From NCBI GenBank assembly GCA_000165425.1, contig CT868040.1:186001-235637 (forward strand): DNA of 49,637 nucleotides, given 5' to 3'. Position 1 is the first letter of the stretch. Each line of letters begins with the position of its first letter. The translations under genes and the position numbers were made by a program. This stretch comes from Paramecium tetraurelia (lineage: Eukaryota). Shown here one piece after another: positions 26,589-39,900 of this stretch. The notes below the pieces were generated by a model. That model was given only the letters and a program-made list of their open reading frames with translations. It was not told where the DNA came from and did no database searches.

Positions 26589-27342
26589 AATTATTATATG
26601 TTCAATAGTAGAATATATACATTTTATTACATTTAAAATATCTATAGAATAAATATAAAATTAATTATCAATAAATTTAACTATCATATAATTATGAATA
26701 TCATTTGATTGTATTGAAATGTCTTTTATATATGATTAATTTACAAGGATTATGTTCGAAATTTCTCTAATATCAATAAATAGAAGAAATTTAAGAATTC
26801 AAAAAAATTAATTATTATTGGAAATAATTTATTTTAATTTTGCTGTTTTCAAAAAAACTATTCAAATTGAATTGCAAAACCTTACTAGTATGATTTATGT
26901 TGGAAAAAAAATTTAACTGGGACAATGATGTTTATTAATTATTGAATGATCTATTATGGGTTAATGATTTTAAATTATTAAAATATCTGATTAAATATAT
27001 TTAAATAAATCTTATTGAGTTTCGAGCAAAGGTCTAATTAGTTATTTATACATAGCACATATTTGTAAATAAAGTAGAAAAATTGATCTTAGAGTTTAGC
27101 GAGTTTTTATTTATAATTTTTGTTATAAGGCTATAATTTCAAAGTATCAACAATGTCTTTCTTATCGTAATATAAGTAACAATTATTATAATTTTGATTA
27201 CTAATACTTATTAACTGCTTTGGATTTGTATTAAATTTTAGAATTCGCTAAAAATTTCGGCAATTAATTATGCTATATATCTATAAATTAAGAATAAATT
27301 TATTTAATCAAATCTTAATTTTTAATAATATTTTTATTTAAA

Positions 27343-28686
27343 ATGGATTGGGCAAGATTAGAGATCATAGTCCCTATATTTCTCATTATTATATATACCT
27401 TGTATTATAGAAAATTCAGATTTTATCTTATATCTGAAAAAGCACAACCAAATGTCATCAGACACAAATTAGCCAGAGGAACACCTCCACCTTCATATCC
27501 AAATGGATGGTATCGGCTTTGTAGAAGTACAGAATTGAAGATTGGGTAAGGAGTTATCACTTAATTTATAGATAAGTGGAAGAAATAAAACTTGCTGGTC
27601 GTCACATAGCTTACTATAGAGGTACAGATAAAGTAGTTTATGCTGTTGCTGCTTATTGTCCACATATGGGAGCTAATCTTGGAATTGGAGGATAAGTTAG
27701 ATTCAATTCCTGTATTGAATGTCCATTCCATGGATGGACATTTGATGGAAAATCTGGATTATGTGTCAATTCTGAAAAATTAGATCCTAAAATTGTATCA
27801 ACATATTGTTACAATAATATTCAAAATATGGATCCTAATAAGAAAGGAGAATATTTACAAAAAGTAGAAGAAGGAGAAATCAAAATAAAAACTTATCTCA
27901 TTAAAGAGATTAAAGGAATGGTCTATATATGGCTCCATTGTTTAGAAGCAAAACCATGGTATGAACCAGTGTCAGAATAAAGTGATCATCTTTAATTAAG
28001 AGGGGAGAGTGTGAATTACGTAAATTGTCACATTTAAGAAATTCCTGAAAATGGTGCTGATGCTAGACATTTTGATTATATTCATTCATCAGTTAATGAC
28101 TATATTCCAACTTGGATAGTCAGTTTCAAGTGGACTATGAAAAGTCTGCCTGCAAATGACCCAGATTTCTATAAGAAGATGGAACACAGCAAAGAGAAGG
28201 TTCGTAAGTATTAAATGAATCTATTCGATCAGTATTTATCAAATAAAGATTTACGATAATATATGAATGTTTTATGTTTGGATGCATATTTGGTTTTCTT
28301 TAATAAATGGAAATTTAATGTGATTTGGGCAACTGGATTTTAAATGGGACCAGCAACAGTGGCCTTGTATGTATTGTCTGATGTTTTTGAAGCCTTATAT
28401 AAATAGGCTATTCAACCAGTTGAAAGATTCAATTTGAAAGTCTTTCATACTTTATATACAACAAGTATACTCCCTTATTGGGCCAGTGCTTACATATTGG
28501 GGAGGAGAATTGAGACAAGTGATTGCAGATGTCAGTTTGTGGAATAATAAGATCTTTACAGATAAGGTTGCTTATAATTTAAAGGGTGATGCTGATCCTT
28601 TGCTATTGAAATGGAGATAATGGTACGCTCAATTTTATGAGGGATCCAGGGAATTTGAGAAAAGTTTAGATGCTTTGGAATGGTGA
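27343..28686 (+). CDS. Rieske sterol C7-desaturase-like (Neverland/DAF-36 family), copy 1, with apparent +1 frameshift near 28500
   Basis: N-terminal TM, PPSYPNGWY, CPHMGANLG..CPFHGW Rieske motif, EIPENGADARHFDYIH iron motif, WRQWYAQFY. One extra G relative to copy 2. Confidence 0.88.
27490..27964 (+). repeat. 475-bp direct repeat, copy A (partner 42812-43286)
   Basis: Base-by-base match to 42812-43286 with one synonymous mismatch seen (TAC/TAT); includes the intron. Confidence 0.92.
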
Positions 28687-28708
28687 ATATGAATTTAATA
28701 AATTAAAA

Positions 28709-29026
28709 ATGTTATAATAAGAATAATTATTTATTGTTCTAATAGTGTTAGTTATAATAGCAATCATCATCGCTCATTTAATAACCAAATGTTAAGGGAA
28801 AGAGAAAGAGTAATAAGCAAAAGATAGATTGAGAAAGAAGTTTATTAAAAATAATATTGAAACATTAAATGACATGAATGAAGAAGAAGCATTATTACTT
28901 TAGGAAACTTTTAAGAATACTCTTGAGAATTCTAAACAAGGAAAAATAGCAAAATATGATGCTGGGATGCAAAAAATACAGGAAATCAGATAAAAAACTG
29001 TGAAATTTATTCTTACACACGAATGA
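28709..29026 (+). CDS. Small (105 aa) single-pass membrane protein
   Basis: ATG to TGA, intronless; MLQQEQLFIVLIVLVIIAIIIAHLI followed by a charged tail. Confidence 0.65.
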
Positions 29027-29126
29027 TTTATAATTGTATATAATCATAATATTGGATTATTATCTGCTTATATAGAAATAAAATTAATTAACAGATCACG
29101 AATTATTATTATTTTATTTATTAATA

Positions 29127-32100
29127 ATGCTCTCTGATTCCAAGTATGATATTTTTACTATCCATAAGCAATCGACTTTCAACTTAATTGTCTCCTAAAT
29201 TGAAGGGAATAATCGTATCCCAATTAATCAAGACATAATCCTCCCTCTCTATATAAGACGCATTTATAAGGTAGGCTACTTTACTATTCATTTTTAGATG
29301 GTAGGTTAGAACCAACCCTGAAATTGTAAAGAAGGCTGTTGACAAAATCCTATTGAATTCTAAGTTGAATTAATTTAACGCTTTCCACAAACTCAAATTC
29401 TTATTAGGGTATTAAAAACTATTAAGTAAATAGTACACAACCACCAAAGGAAGTTAGAATGAATGCAAAGAAAAAAAAAAATTTGAGCATAATCAATTTG
29501 GCATTATTTGTTCAAAAAAAAGAATTATAACTCAAAAGATAGGCAATTGAATCAATTAAACCAACCTCGCAAGATACAAATAAAATGCTTGGCTTACTGA
29601 TTTGGTCAATAAGTTCAAAATATAGAGAAAGATATTTACGAGAAAAATTTAATTGGTGGAAGTTAATTGCTAAAATCAAATCTAATAAATTAGAAAAACA
29701 ACTTAAAGCATTAGAAAGATTAGGAGACGAATATAATATGAGAAATGATAGATTAGATAGATAAAGACTAAAAGAAGTACATAATAACATAAATCTTATT
29801 AGGCATTTGAAATTTGGAGAGGAGACTTGTTAAATTTTAGGTTAAAGAAAAAGTTCTTTGCTGTTCTCCTTAAAACAACATTCGGAAGATTGCAAAGATG
29901 TTATACAAGATGGGTCGATTTACCAGATAAAAGAGAAAACGATATTAAGAAATAAGGATTATTATTAATTAATAAATTAGGAAATAAAGTAGACTAAAAT
30001 AAAAGATTGGTTTGGAATGCTTTCAAAGATATTCATGATGAAGCTAAAAATAAAAAAACTAAAGTCATCAGGGAATTGATTGAAGTTACATTCAATTAAT
30101 CTTATACAGCATTTTATAAATGGGCAAATTATAATACATATGCAAAACTAACTGAAACTAATCTTAAGAAAATTAAATCATTCTAATAGAGCGCAAATGT
30201 AACTCACTAACTAGTCAAATAAGAAACCTTTAAGTTGTTTAATCTTAGTAAAAAGATGCAAATCTGTTCATTTCTTGATAAAATTATTTTGAAGTTGCAA
30301 TAAAGATAAAAATTAGACTCTTTGAGATAAATTGAAAATTACTGCGTTCAAAAGAAAATGGAAGAAAAACTTAAAAATATAAACAAATAAGACTTGATAT
30401 CAAGATTAAAAGATACAGCCAATAAAACAGAAAAGGGGTTGCTCAAATAAGTTTTAAAAAAATTTTCACTCAATAGAACAACATAGGAGATCAAAAATAA
30501 ATATTTTGGCAGAATTCTCTTATCTGTTAATGGATAATTAATAGATGCATTTAGAAAATGGAGGAAACCTTACCTAATCCCAATGATATAAATAATATTT
30601 AAAAAGCTTCTAAGTTTTAAATTAAATTGTAGATGTTTATCACAAATAAACGTAAATAAGCATATGATCCTTTAAAATATCTTTATTATGATGCATTGTA
30701 AAAGAAACGATTTTGTATAAGATAATTATTCTCAGTTACAATGAGCGCTCCTTAGAGATATTTAAAATAATGGCAGAATGTAGCCAAAGTATATAAATCA
30801 GTTGTAGCATGTTAAAAAACAAATAATTTATTTTATTCTCTAGCTTTGATAATACAGTCCAATCTACTAACGTTCGTATAGAACAAAAAAGATGTAGATA
30901 TTAAAGAGAAATGCATCTAGAAAATTTTAGCATCTTAACATAGTAATTTAGCCATAGCCTTTTTTAAATGGAAAAGTCATAATAAATAGGAGTAAATTTT
31001 GGAAAGATTAGGGGATGAGAAAATGAAATTTCTAATTCTAAATTTAAAGAAATTTTTAGAAAATGATAAAAAGTAGAGATTAAGAAGAGCTTTAAATCTA
31101 TTTCATTAAAAACTTTAAGTAGCATAATAGATAAAGAAAATAAATCTTAGATTAATGTAAACTGTAGTTGGATAAGTGAGTTCGAGCTTTTAGAAATGGA
31201 AGTATTTACCAGAAGATAAGGTGAATGGATCAACTGCAAAAGTAAGTAAATTTATGATATCTCTTGGAAGAGTTGCTTATAGGTTTGTAAAAGTTAATTC
31301 ATGGAATATTATGGAAGATTATCTTTTAGATGGATAAGCTAAAAAGAAATATTGTATAAATAAAATCATCTCTGTCGGCTAAAGTGATTTAAAAACAGCA
31401 TTTCTAATTTGGCATAGAAGATCATGGGAAATGAAGATGTTTGATTAGTTTTCATAATTGAATGTTACATTGAATGATGAAATAATTAAATAAAGATTAA
31501 TTAATTGGATTAATTCCGGCAATAAAGTGAAACATTATGCATTGATTGAAATTTTAAAGAGATTCCATTAAAATGCAGAATCTCATAACTTAAGAAGGAA
31601 AGCGTTAGCAATAATACATAGAAATACAATCTCTTAAGTTTGGATATCATTTAATAAATGGAAGCAAATCCCTGAACATGATTATTCATAATTAACAAAG
31701 GTTACTAAATTTGAATAATCTATTAATCGTTTCTTAATTCGTCAAGCAAAGAAAAAGACATGGAATCCCTTAAATGAAATATATGATGATGCACTAGCAA
31801 TAAAAAAACGAGCAGTTTTGCTCCTTGTGAAAACATAAGAATCAGAACAATAACAGGCTCTTAGCAAGTGGAATAAGAATGTGGCTTTGATTTAGGAAGT
31901 TGAGAGATGCAAGAGTGTTATATTGCTATTTAAATTTGTGGGTGATCAAATATAATGTAATTTATAAATTATGCAACCCAATCAAGAGTCAAGATTAAAA
32001 GAAAAAGCATTGTTGAAAATAATTGGAGGTAATTATGATAACATTAGATATTTTTTTATGAGATGGAGAAATTATTTAAAATTTGAAAGATTACAAGCAA

Positions 32101-34987
32101 TCGAAGGAGAGAAAAAAGAATTTCTGATTCGCTAGATTGGATTTTTTTATAGAAATAACATGAAATCTAAATTGAGATTGGCATTGTCTAAATTCAAAAG
32201 AAATTCAGTTCTTAGTGCAGTTTAATAGAAGTTTTTTTCAAGATTATTTTCTACTAAGTTTGGAGGAGCAATTGTGGCATTTCAGAAATGGAAAAATCTT
32301 CCTGATATCTAAAATTACGAAAATGTAAAAAAGGGAAGAAGATTAGAGAAATTGTTGGAAAACCTATATAGAGGCAGAATCAAATTATCATATGATCCAT
32401 TAAAAGATGAATATTAAGAAGCTATGAATAAGAAGATGCATTGCATAAGAAAATTAATCATCTTAGGCATGGGATCAAATAAGAGATTGTTTTTATCATG
32501 GAGAAATACGAATAGGTTATTGAAATCAATTGAAACTTGCAAGTAAACTACAAATTTCTTTTAAACTCTTTCATTGACATTGTCTGGAAATGTCTAAGTC
32601 ATTTTTAAGACTAATCAACTTTAAGAAAAAGTCTTTGAAAAAATGTTATCTTAATACAACAATTTATTAAGATGGGCATTCATCAAATGGAATAATTAAG
32701 CTAAATCAGATAGGATTGCCTCATTGATGGATAAAGAGACAAGAAAGTTTCTATTATTTGCACTTTAAAGAAATTTAAAACATAATAAAATTGGGTAATT
32801 AAGAGATATATTGAGAAATTTTAATGATCGTCGAAATAGAATAAATTTAATTAAAAAAATACAATTGAAGTTTTTACATACTTTTGCAGGTTAAGTTGAA
32901 ACCTCCTTTTTGAAATGGAAACAATTACCAGATTCATCTAATCTCAAATAAGCATCAAGATTTGAATAAAAATTGAACTCATTTAAAATATAAATTCTTA
33001 GAAAGAGTAGTTTTAAATATTTACAAAATATTTATTAGGATGGATAAGCAAAATAAAAATATGCTATCAATAAATTGATGTTTAATTGTATGAGTGTGGA
33101 AAAGAAGGTTTTCTTATAATGGAATAAAGTAAGTGAATTGCAAAAGACTGAAGAAAGAGCTAGCAAAGTTATGGGTTTCTTTGGCTCAATAAATAAAATT
33201 TAATAAAATCATATGTATTTCTTCTTTGAGGATTAGATTAAAGAATTGAAAAAGCAAGAGGAACTAGTTAGACTATTAAAAGAATGGGAAGAAATGTTCA
33301 AAGATTCTTATTAGAAATGGAAATAGACTCAAGCTAAATTAGATTTATTGGCTAGTCAAAATAGATAGAAATAAAAGTTTTCTATAATTGAAATACTTAA
33401 GGATTATATTTAAAATAAAAAGAATTACAATTTAAGATTGATTTTAAGAAAGTTTAGCAATTCAAATAAAAGTCAAAAGGCAGTAAACAAGTTTTTATTA
33501 GGAATATCACATTCATCAATTGGTTAATTACATAACTCATTTTAAATGTGGAGGAGATTGCCTGAACCATAGAAAACTAAATAGGGATATATATTTGAAA
33601 AGAAAATTTTCAGTTTATTTAGAAAATAACTATTATAATCATTCGATGGCTTATAAGATATCTATTTTTAGGCATTAAATAAAAAGCGAAGAGTTGTATT
33701 ATTATTAGTAAGAACCACTAAATCATAATAATAATAAGCAGTACAAAGGTGGCGAGATGCGTTAAATTAAATGAATTAATAAGAATTATAGAATGTTTAA
33801 GAAAACAGAAAGTTAGCTATACAACTCTTTTATTAACACAAAATGAATTAGTTGAATGTGGCCTTCATTGAATGGAGAGACACTATAAGATTACATACAA
33901 ATAAGTAAGAAAATAAGACACAAAGGGATGAAAGATTAAAAAAAGAAGCTATTTTATTGTTCCAAAATTATGCTTATGTGAGATTAAGAGTTTATTTCAC
34001 TTAATGGAAGATAAGAGCAGTCAAAAGAAATATGATATAGATTTGTTAAGCAATCTAAAGAATGATATAATTAAATAGATTTGCTGAAAAGGCTATGAAG
34101 AAATATGTTATGGATATTTGGAAAGGACAGCCTTCCAAGAATAAATGGTTTAAGAGAGTAGCTGATATCATCGCGAAGAATTCCAAAATTAGTAAATAAA
34201 TAGCTTATTGGAGAATGAGAGATAACTTGAATTAAAAAGCAGTTGGGTTATCTACTCAATAAATAATTAAATGCAAGAAGCTATTCAATAATTTATTTAA
34301 AGCTTTTGATAGAATCAAGCAAAGAGCATTTACCCTTTTAGAACATTATGGTAAAGGCATACCCGATGATACTTCATTCTAACCTTCACAAACTAGTTTC
34401 CTTCAATAGACTCCTATTAAGAAAATAAAGGATACTTTCTTTAAGTCAGATTTCGATTCGATCCTATAGAAGAATGGTCAAAAGATGGCACTTAATGCTA
34501 TTTCAAGAGTAGTTAAAGTGTATTTCAAGTAGAGATTTATTGAATTAATGATTGAATTGGGAGATTAGAAACTAAGAAAAGTTTCCACACATAAAAAAAA
34601 GGGAGCAGAGAAATTATTTGCAATTTTAGAACAGAACTTGAAATTGAAAAAATAAGTCATTTGCTATTAAATATCATAAGTAATTAATATTAAAAATATT
34701 TAGGTTAATGAATAAGGAGTATTGAATTAGATCAATGAAATTATTAATTATCAATAATCAACTTAGAGTAGTAGTAGATTAGAATCAAGTTAATTGAAAG
34801 AGCAATAGCTAAAACTAAATGAAAAAGAAAGAATGTTAGAGGGTTGGCAAGAGAAATTAAGATGCGTGGCAATTAATAGGTTTTATTACATCATAAATCT
34901 TCTAGATTAATCAAAGCTTTAGAAAGATGTGAGGATCATTTTGTTGAGGATGCTTTTGTTGCCATTTCTGAATACTAACTTAAATGA
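29127..34987 (+). CDS. Giant (~1,900 aa) Sfi1-like Trp-repeat protein, candidate centrin-binding cortical scaffold
   Basis: About 20 [A/S]FxxW[K/R/N] motifs (AFYKWAN, AFFKWKS, SFQKWKY, AFIKWNN, AFIEWRD). Introns near both ends; one apparent frameshift at 30565-30569. Confidence 0.65.
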
Positions 34988-35057
34988 ATAATTATCATAT
35001 AAAAAGAAGCAATATCAATTTAAGTTCATTGATGAAATTAACATTATATATTTAATC

Positions 35058-36127
35058 ATGGGAAACACAACTTCTAATCATCCTCAAATAACAGAAGTCT
35101 TGACAGAATACCACTTTTAACATAAGAATTGTCTTATTACCTCTCATTCTTCATAAAGAAAAATTTTAAAAGCTGCTTCAAAACGAAATGAAATGCCCCA
35201 TAAAAGTAATCGCCGATTTGCTCCCAATATTGTCAAATCTTTGGAGTTTAAGAGCGAAGGTAATCAATACATACAGATGAAACAATATAAAAAAGCTATT
35301 GAATCCTATACAAAAGCTATTGTAAGTTGTGCTATCTAACTAGAATCTCTATGATAATGATTCAATCTATTTCTCAAATCGTTCAGTGGCTAATAAACTT
35401 CTCAATAGATTCTAGGAAGCTAAATAAGATGCTTAATAAGCTATAAAAATTGATTAGTAAAATTCAAGAGCTCATTTCCTTTATGGAACTGTTATTTTGA
35501 TTGAAGTCCAAATGTTTCCTGACATTAATGAGGCTCTCATAAGGCAAGCATAATTGGGAATCGAAGAACTCGAAAAAGGTAATATAATCTTTATATTTTA
35601 TAGCTTCTGTATAGGTTAAATAAAATAAAAATGAATAAAAAAATAAATTAAAAGTCTTGATTAATTAAAATTTGGCTAAAGGAAAAAGAATGGTATTCTT
35701 GATAAGATAAGAAATAGATAAAAGAAGTACTTTTTATAATCATATCCATTTAGATATCTAATCTCTAAAATAAACTCTAAATGATATTTCTCATAGATAA
35801 CATCATAACTTAGATTGGAATTAAATAGAACAGATAATCCATAAGAAAATGGAAATTATTTTACCAGAATGCTTTGTATGTCCAATCACATATGAAATAA
35901 TGGATGAACCAACACTTCTCAATTCAGGGTTAACATATGATAAAAATAGTATTTAGTAGCAATTTAAATTAAATGGCTATCTGGATCCTATGACAAGAGA
36001 AAACATTGATCCTTTGGGGTTGATTCAAAATATTTAATTATAATAAGGAATATAAGAAATCCAATAGCAATATGGATGGGTAGGGATAGAAAATGAGAAA
36101 GATTACAAGGCAATTAAATTTGAATGA
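35058..36127 (+). CDS. TPR plus U-box E3 ubiquitin ligase, CHIP/STUB1-like
   Basis: LKSEGNQYIQMKQYKKAIESYTKAI TPR; U-box PECFVCPITYEIMDEP..SGLTYDK..DPMTRE; three introns. Confidence 0.88.
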
Positions 36128-36160
36128 CTTACTTTGTAATATTTATTGAAATGATAACTC

Positions 36161-36900
36161 TCATTTCTTTTTATTCAACTTTTTTGAAATCTTTTTCTTA
36201 ATCTAAACTTTCTTACTTTGCCCTTTTTACTTGCCTTTATTAACCACTTCTACAGCTTTCTATTTTGTTGGTTTTCTTCCAGGTTTTAGTTTTTATTATT
36301 TAGATTAGGCTTTTTAAGCACTTGGTACTTTTTAGGTGACATTATTGTTTTTGGATTTTGGTCTTCCTTTTTGTTTTTTTTTATTTTTCTCCTCTTTTTA
36401 TTTATCTTATTCCTTATCAACCTTTTGTGAAGATTCTTTTTGTTTTCCAATTTTCCCAGGTTTTCCAGGCTTACCAGGTTTTCTTCCTTTCTTCTTTTTT
36501 TATTATTCATCTGCAATTTTTCCCTCCTAAGCATTATCTATAACACAATTATTTAAAGTTAAATCAGCAATTGAGCACAAAATTCCATCAAATAAATATC
36601 CTTGTATTTTTTTTTATTCATTTTCGTTGTCCATATTTGTAAATGGATAGTTTGCTTAAACTAATTTCAATTCTTATAATTTTTATTATATTTCTAATTC
36701 TTAATTAAGCATTGTTACCTCTTTCTCAATCACATCTTTTTAATATTATTTCCATTATGCTTAAGTTTCTTTGCTAATGAAATAGATGCATTTTGTTACT
36801 TTTTCAATTGTTGTTATATATAATCTAATTTTGCTTAGAAATCTATATTCTTTAAATTAATAGTTGTGATTGGCAAGGCCTATTATTTATTTTTATTCAT
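36161..36900 (-). CDS. Lys-rich protein with AT-hook-like motifs
   Basis: KKKGRKPGKPGKPG, KQKGRPKS and KPGRKP in a very basic C-terminal half; one intron; TGA 36161-36163. Confidence 0.65.
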
Positions 36901-36928
36901 AAATATATAATATAATTTTTATATTAAC

Positions 36929-39900
36929 TCATAAACTTAATAATTGCTTCAATTAACTTCTACACTCTTCAATATTTTTATCTAATTCTTCCTATTAAAT
37001 AATAGAATCAAATAAATACAGATAGCCAATCAGTTTCTAATAGATAATCCTATAATAAACAATTATTATCCGTAGATATCAACTCTTCATTATCATGCGA
37101 TAACAAGTACAAGTAAAATGCTTCTGCCAATTGTTTTCTTACTTTAGGTAAACTAAAAATATATATATCAAAAATGTTACTCGCTAGTTAATATTTCAAA
37201 GATATGTTAAATAATGTGATGAAACAATTCTGGATTGACTGATAAAATATCGATGATTAATTGAACACTTGCAGATAATTTATTTATTGATTGAGTTTTA
37301 TGAGTTTCTTTGTAAATTAATTGGAATAGAATTTCAGTTTACTATTTAATTATAGGTAATGATTGTATTTCCTCCTTTTGTAAAACAAGTGAAGCTGTTT
37401 TAAATAATGGAATAACAACTCTTTCATCTAATGCATATAATTTAAGAATTTCAATCAAATTGGTCATTAGAAGATCAAGATTTTGATTCAGATGTATATA
37501 TTACATTAATGCTTCTTCACTAAATTTCTATATTGATTCACTAATCCCTCCAACGCTAATACACAATCCGGTTAGGATGTATCTACAAAATGTAGGATAT
37601 GCAAGAATGGGAACTATTAATCGATAACAGCAATGTGGTAGATTCCAATGATAAATTAGATCTGTTTTTCCTATGGTTTATAGAACATCTTTTAGGTTTT
37701 TAATTTCAGCCTCAATAATTTCACTTTAGAAGGTTTGATCCACTCTTTCTTAATCTTTTATTATAGTCTCTTATAAGTTAGCAGTTGAGAATATTGTAGA
37801 TATTTATTCATAATTTTCAAACCTTTATAATTTAGGAAATACAGATTTAAACAAATCCTACAACACACTACCAGCTAGTAATCTGACTCTATCAATCTTT
37901 TCACATAATTACTATAATAATTGCCCAATAATTTTGATAATACATTATTCATTTATGATAATATTTCCTATATGATTTCTTTCAATATAACCTACATAAC
38001 AAACTAAAATTGATTAAATAGCAATTATTGAATTTTCTCTAATGAATAACCCTACATCTCCTTTTTTATTCACTGTGTAATCTAACATTGCATAAAGTAT
38101 GCAATCAATAACAGGTAAGAGTTGAGCTTCACAATTATAATTATTGTTCAATTAATTAATAATGCTTTGTCCAAGAGACTTTATGGCAAACTTTCTAGTG
38201 TCTGGATCAATACTCCAACTTGTTAATTTAGCTCTTTTCTTTGAAAGACCAATTGTGTACAATATACTTAGATCTTCATTATGTAATACCTAAGGTGAAA
38301 AAGATCCAACACTTTAAGCATAACCTCCCTATATCAGTACTTGAACAGTAGTTGACTTTTGATGCAATTATTTTATGACTCTTTTTAAGAATTCTTTACC
38401 ATCTATTAAGTATTGACCTTATGTTTGATATTGATTGCTTAATAATCTTAAAGCTTTGGCTGCTGATATCTGTATTTCTTCCAAAGGATTCTTTAAACCA
38501 TCTTCAATAAATTTCAAATAATAAGCATGTTGATCTATTTAAAGTGGTAATTTAGAAATAGAGATGCATTCAATTAATCTATAGGCAGCTATTCTAATTT
38601 ATTCTCCACTCTTTCCTTTTAAAGAGTCCTCTAATATTTTTGGTATTTGCATGATCTCATCTATGATTTCTTCTGAAAGTAAATTCATATTTTCGGCTTA
38701 TAATAATTACTCATATTATGATTTGAAAATTGTTATGTGTTCTCCAGCTTTTGCTAATTATCTTTCATTTTTAGTTAATGTCCTAAGGAAAACTGAATCC
38801 TTTAACTCCTTTTCCTCTGAGTTCTTAGTGATATTTCCTGATTATGCAATAAGTAAATCTCCCAAAGCAAATAAGGCACCATGTTTTGAATTCAGGGATT
38901 GTAATTTAACCATTTTTAAAATGCTTTCATAAATCAAATTCTCCTTGAAATAGGTTGGATTCAACACAAGCAATCTTCCTAAACTTTTGGCTGCCAATTT
39001 TCTAACTTCTTTATCTTGACTTGCTATCTTAATAAAAGCTAAATGATCAACCATCTATTTAAAGTATTCTGGATAGGAAGCTACGAATGGAGCAATTCTT
39101 AAATAGGCATTATGAATCATAGCCAATGAAAAATAATCCGCTTCTGTTAATATGCTTATACCATGTGGTATAATATTAGGACACCTTCCAACTAATTCTT
39201 AGAAAGTACTTGATGCTGCTCTTCTAACATTTACTTCTCGATCGAAAATCATAACAATTACTAAATGTTAAGCCAAAGCAAGGACATGATTTTTTAATAT
39301 TTCAGGATCATAAGCCCTAGCAGCAGACCAAGCAATGAAACATGCTGAATCTCTGACATTTACACCAATACTATAACCTCCTTGATTCTACTCAAAAATC
39401 AAGGCTTTGCAAATAATAGGAATGATGGATTCTAATTTATTTTCAAGAATTAGTCCTCTTCTACATAATTCTCCTAACGCTAGACAACCACCATGCCAGG
39501 CAGTGTCTCCATTGATTGGAGTGAAGCATGTGTTGATTAATGAATCAAAAATATCATCTGCTTAATCTAAATTCAATCTAGCACATATTCTGCCTATACC
39601 CTTAGCGGCTGACCATCTAACAACAGTATCCTTATTTATTATTTATTATAACAAAGTATCTACAACAGTTTCTAAGCCTTCCTAATCAACATCAATGAAA
39701 TAATCAACATCCTCTAGTTAAATATTTGACTATTATTATTATTGTAATTATTAGTTTGTTTTGGATATTTATGAGTTGGTGACAATTCTTGAATAATCAA
39801 TGATTGTTAATGTTTATTATAGATTTGTTGTGCCTTTTTTGTATGTCCAACTAACAACTCTTGGTCTTAAATAAACTAATCCAATTCTCTAAGTTAATTT

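Noticed and set aside
28495..30580. Programmed ribosomal frameshifting or retained IESs as the cause of the frame breaks
   Set aside because: No Euplotes-type AAA-stop motif and no TA-bounded insert of IES size; the breaks are 1-2 nt in short homopolymers.
11097..38932. Supplied ORFs such as 11097-11333(-), 20739-21179(+), 29512-29790(-), 36336-36530(+) and 38651-38932(+)
   Set aside because: Antisense shadows of well-supported genes on the opposite strand.
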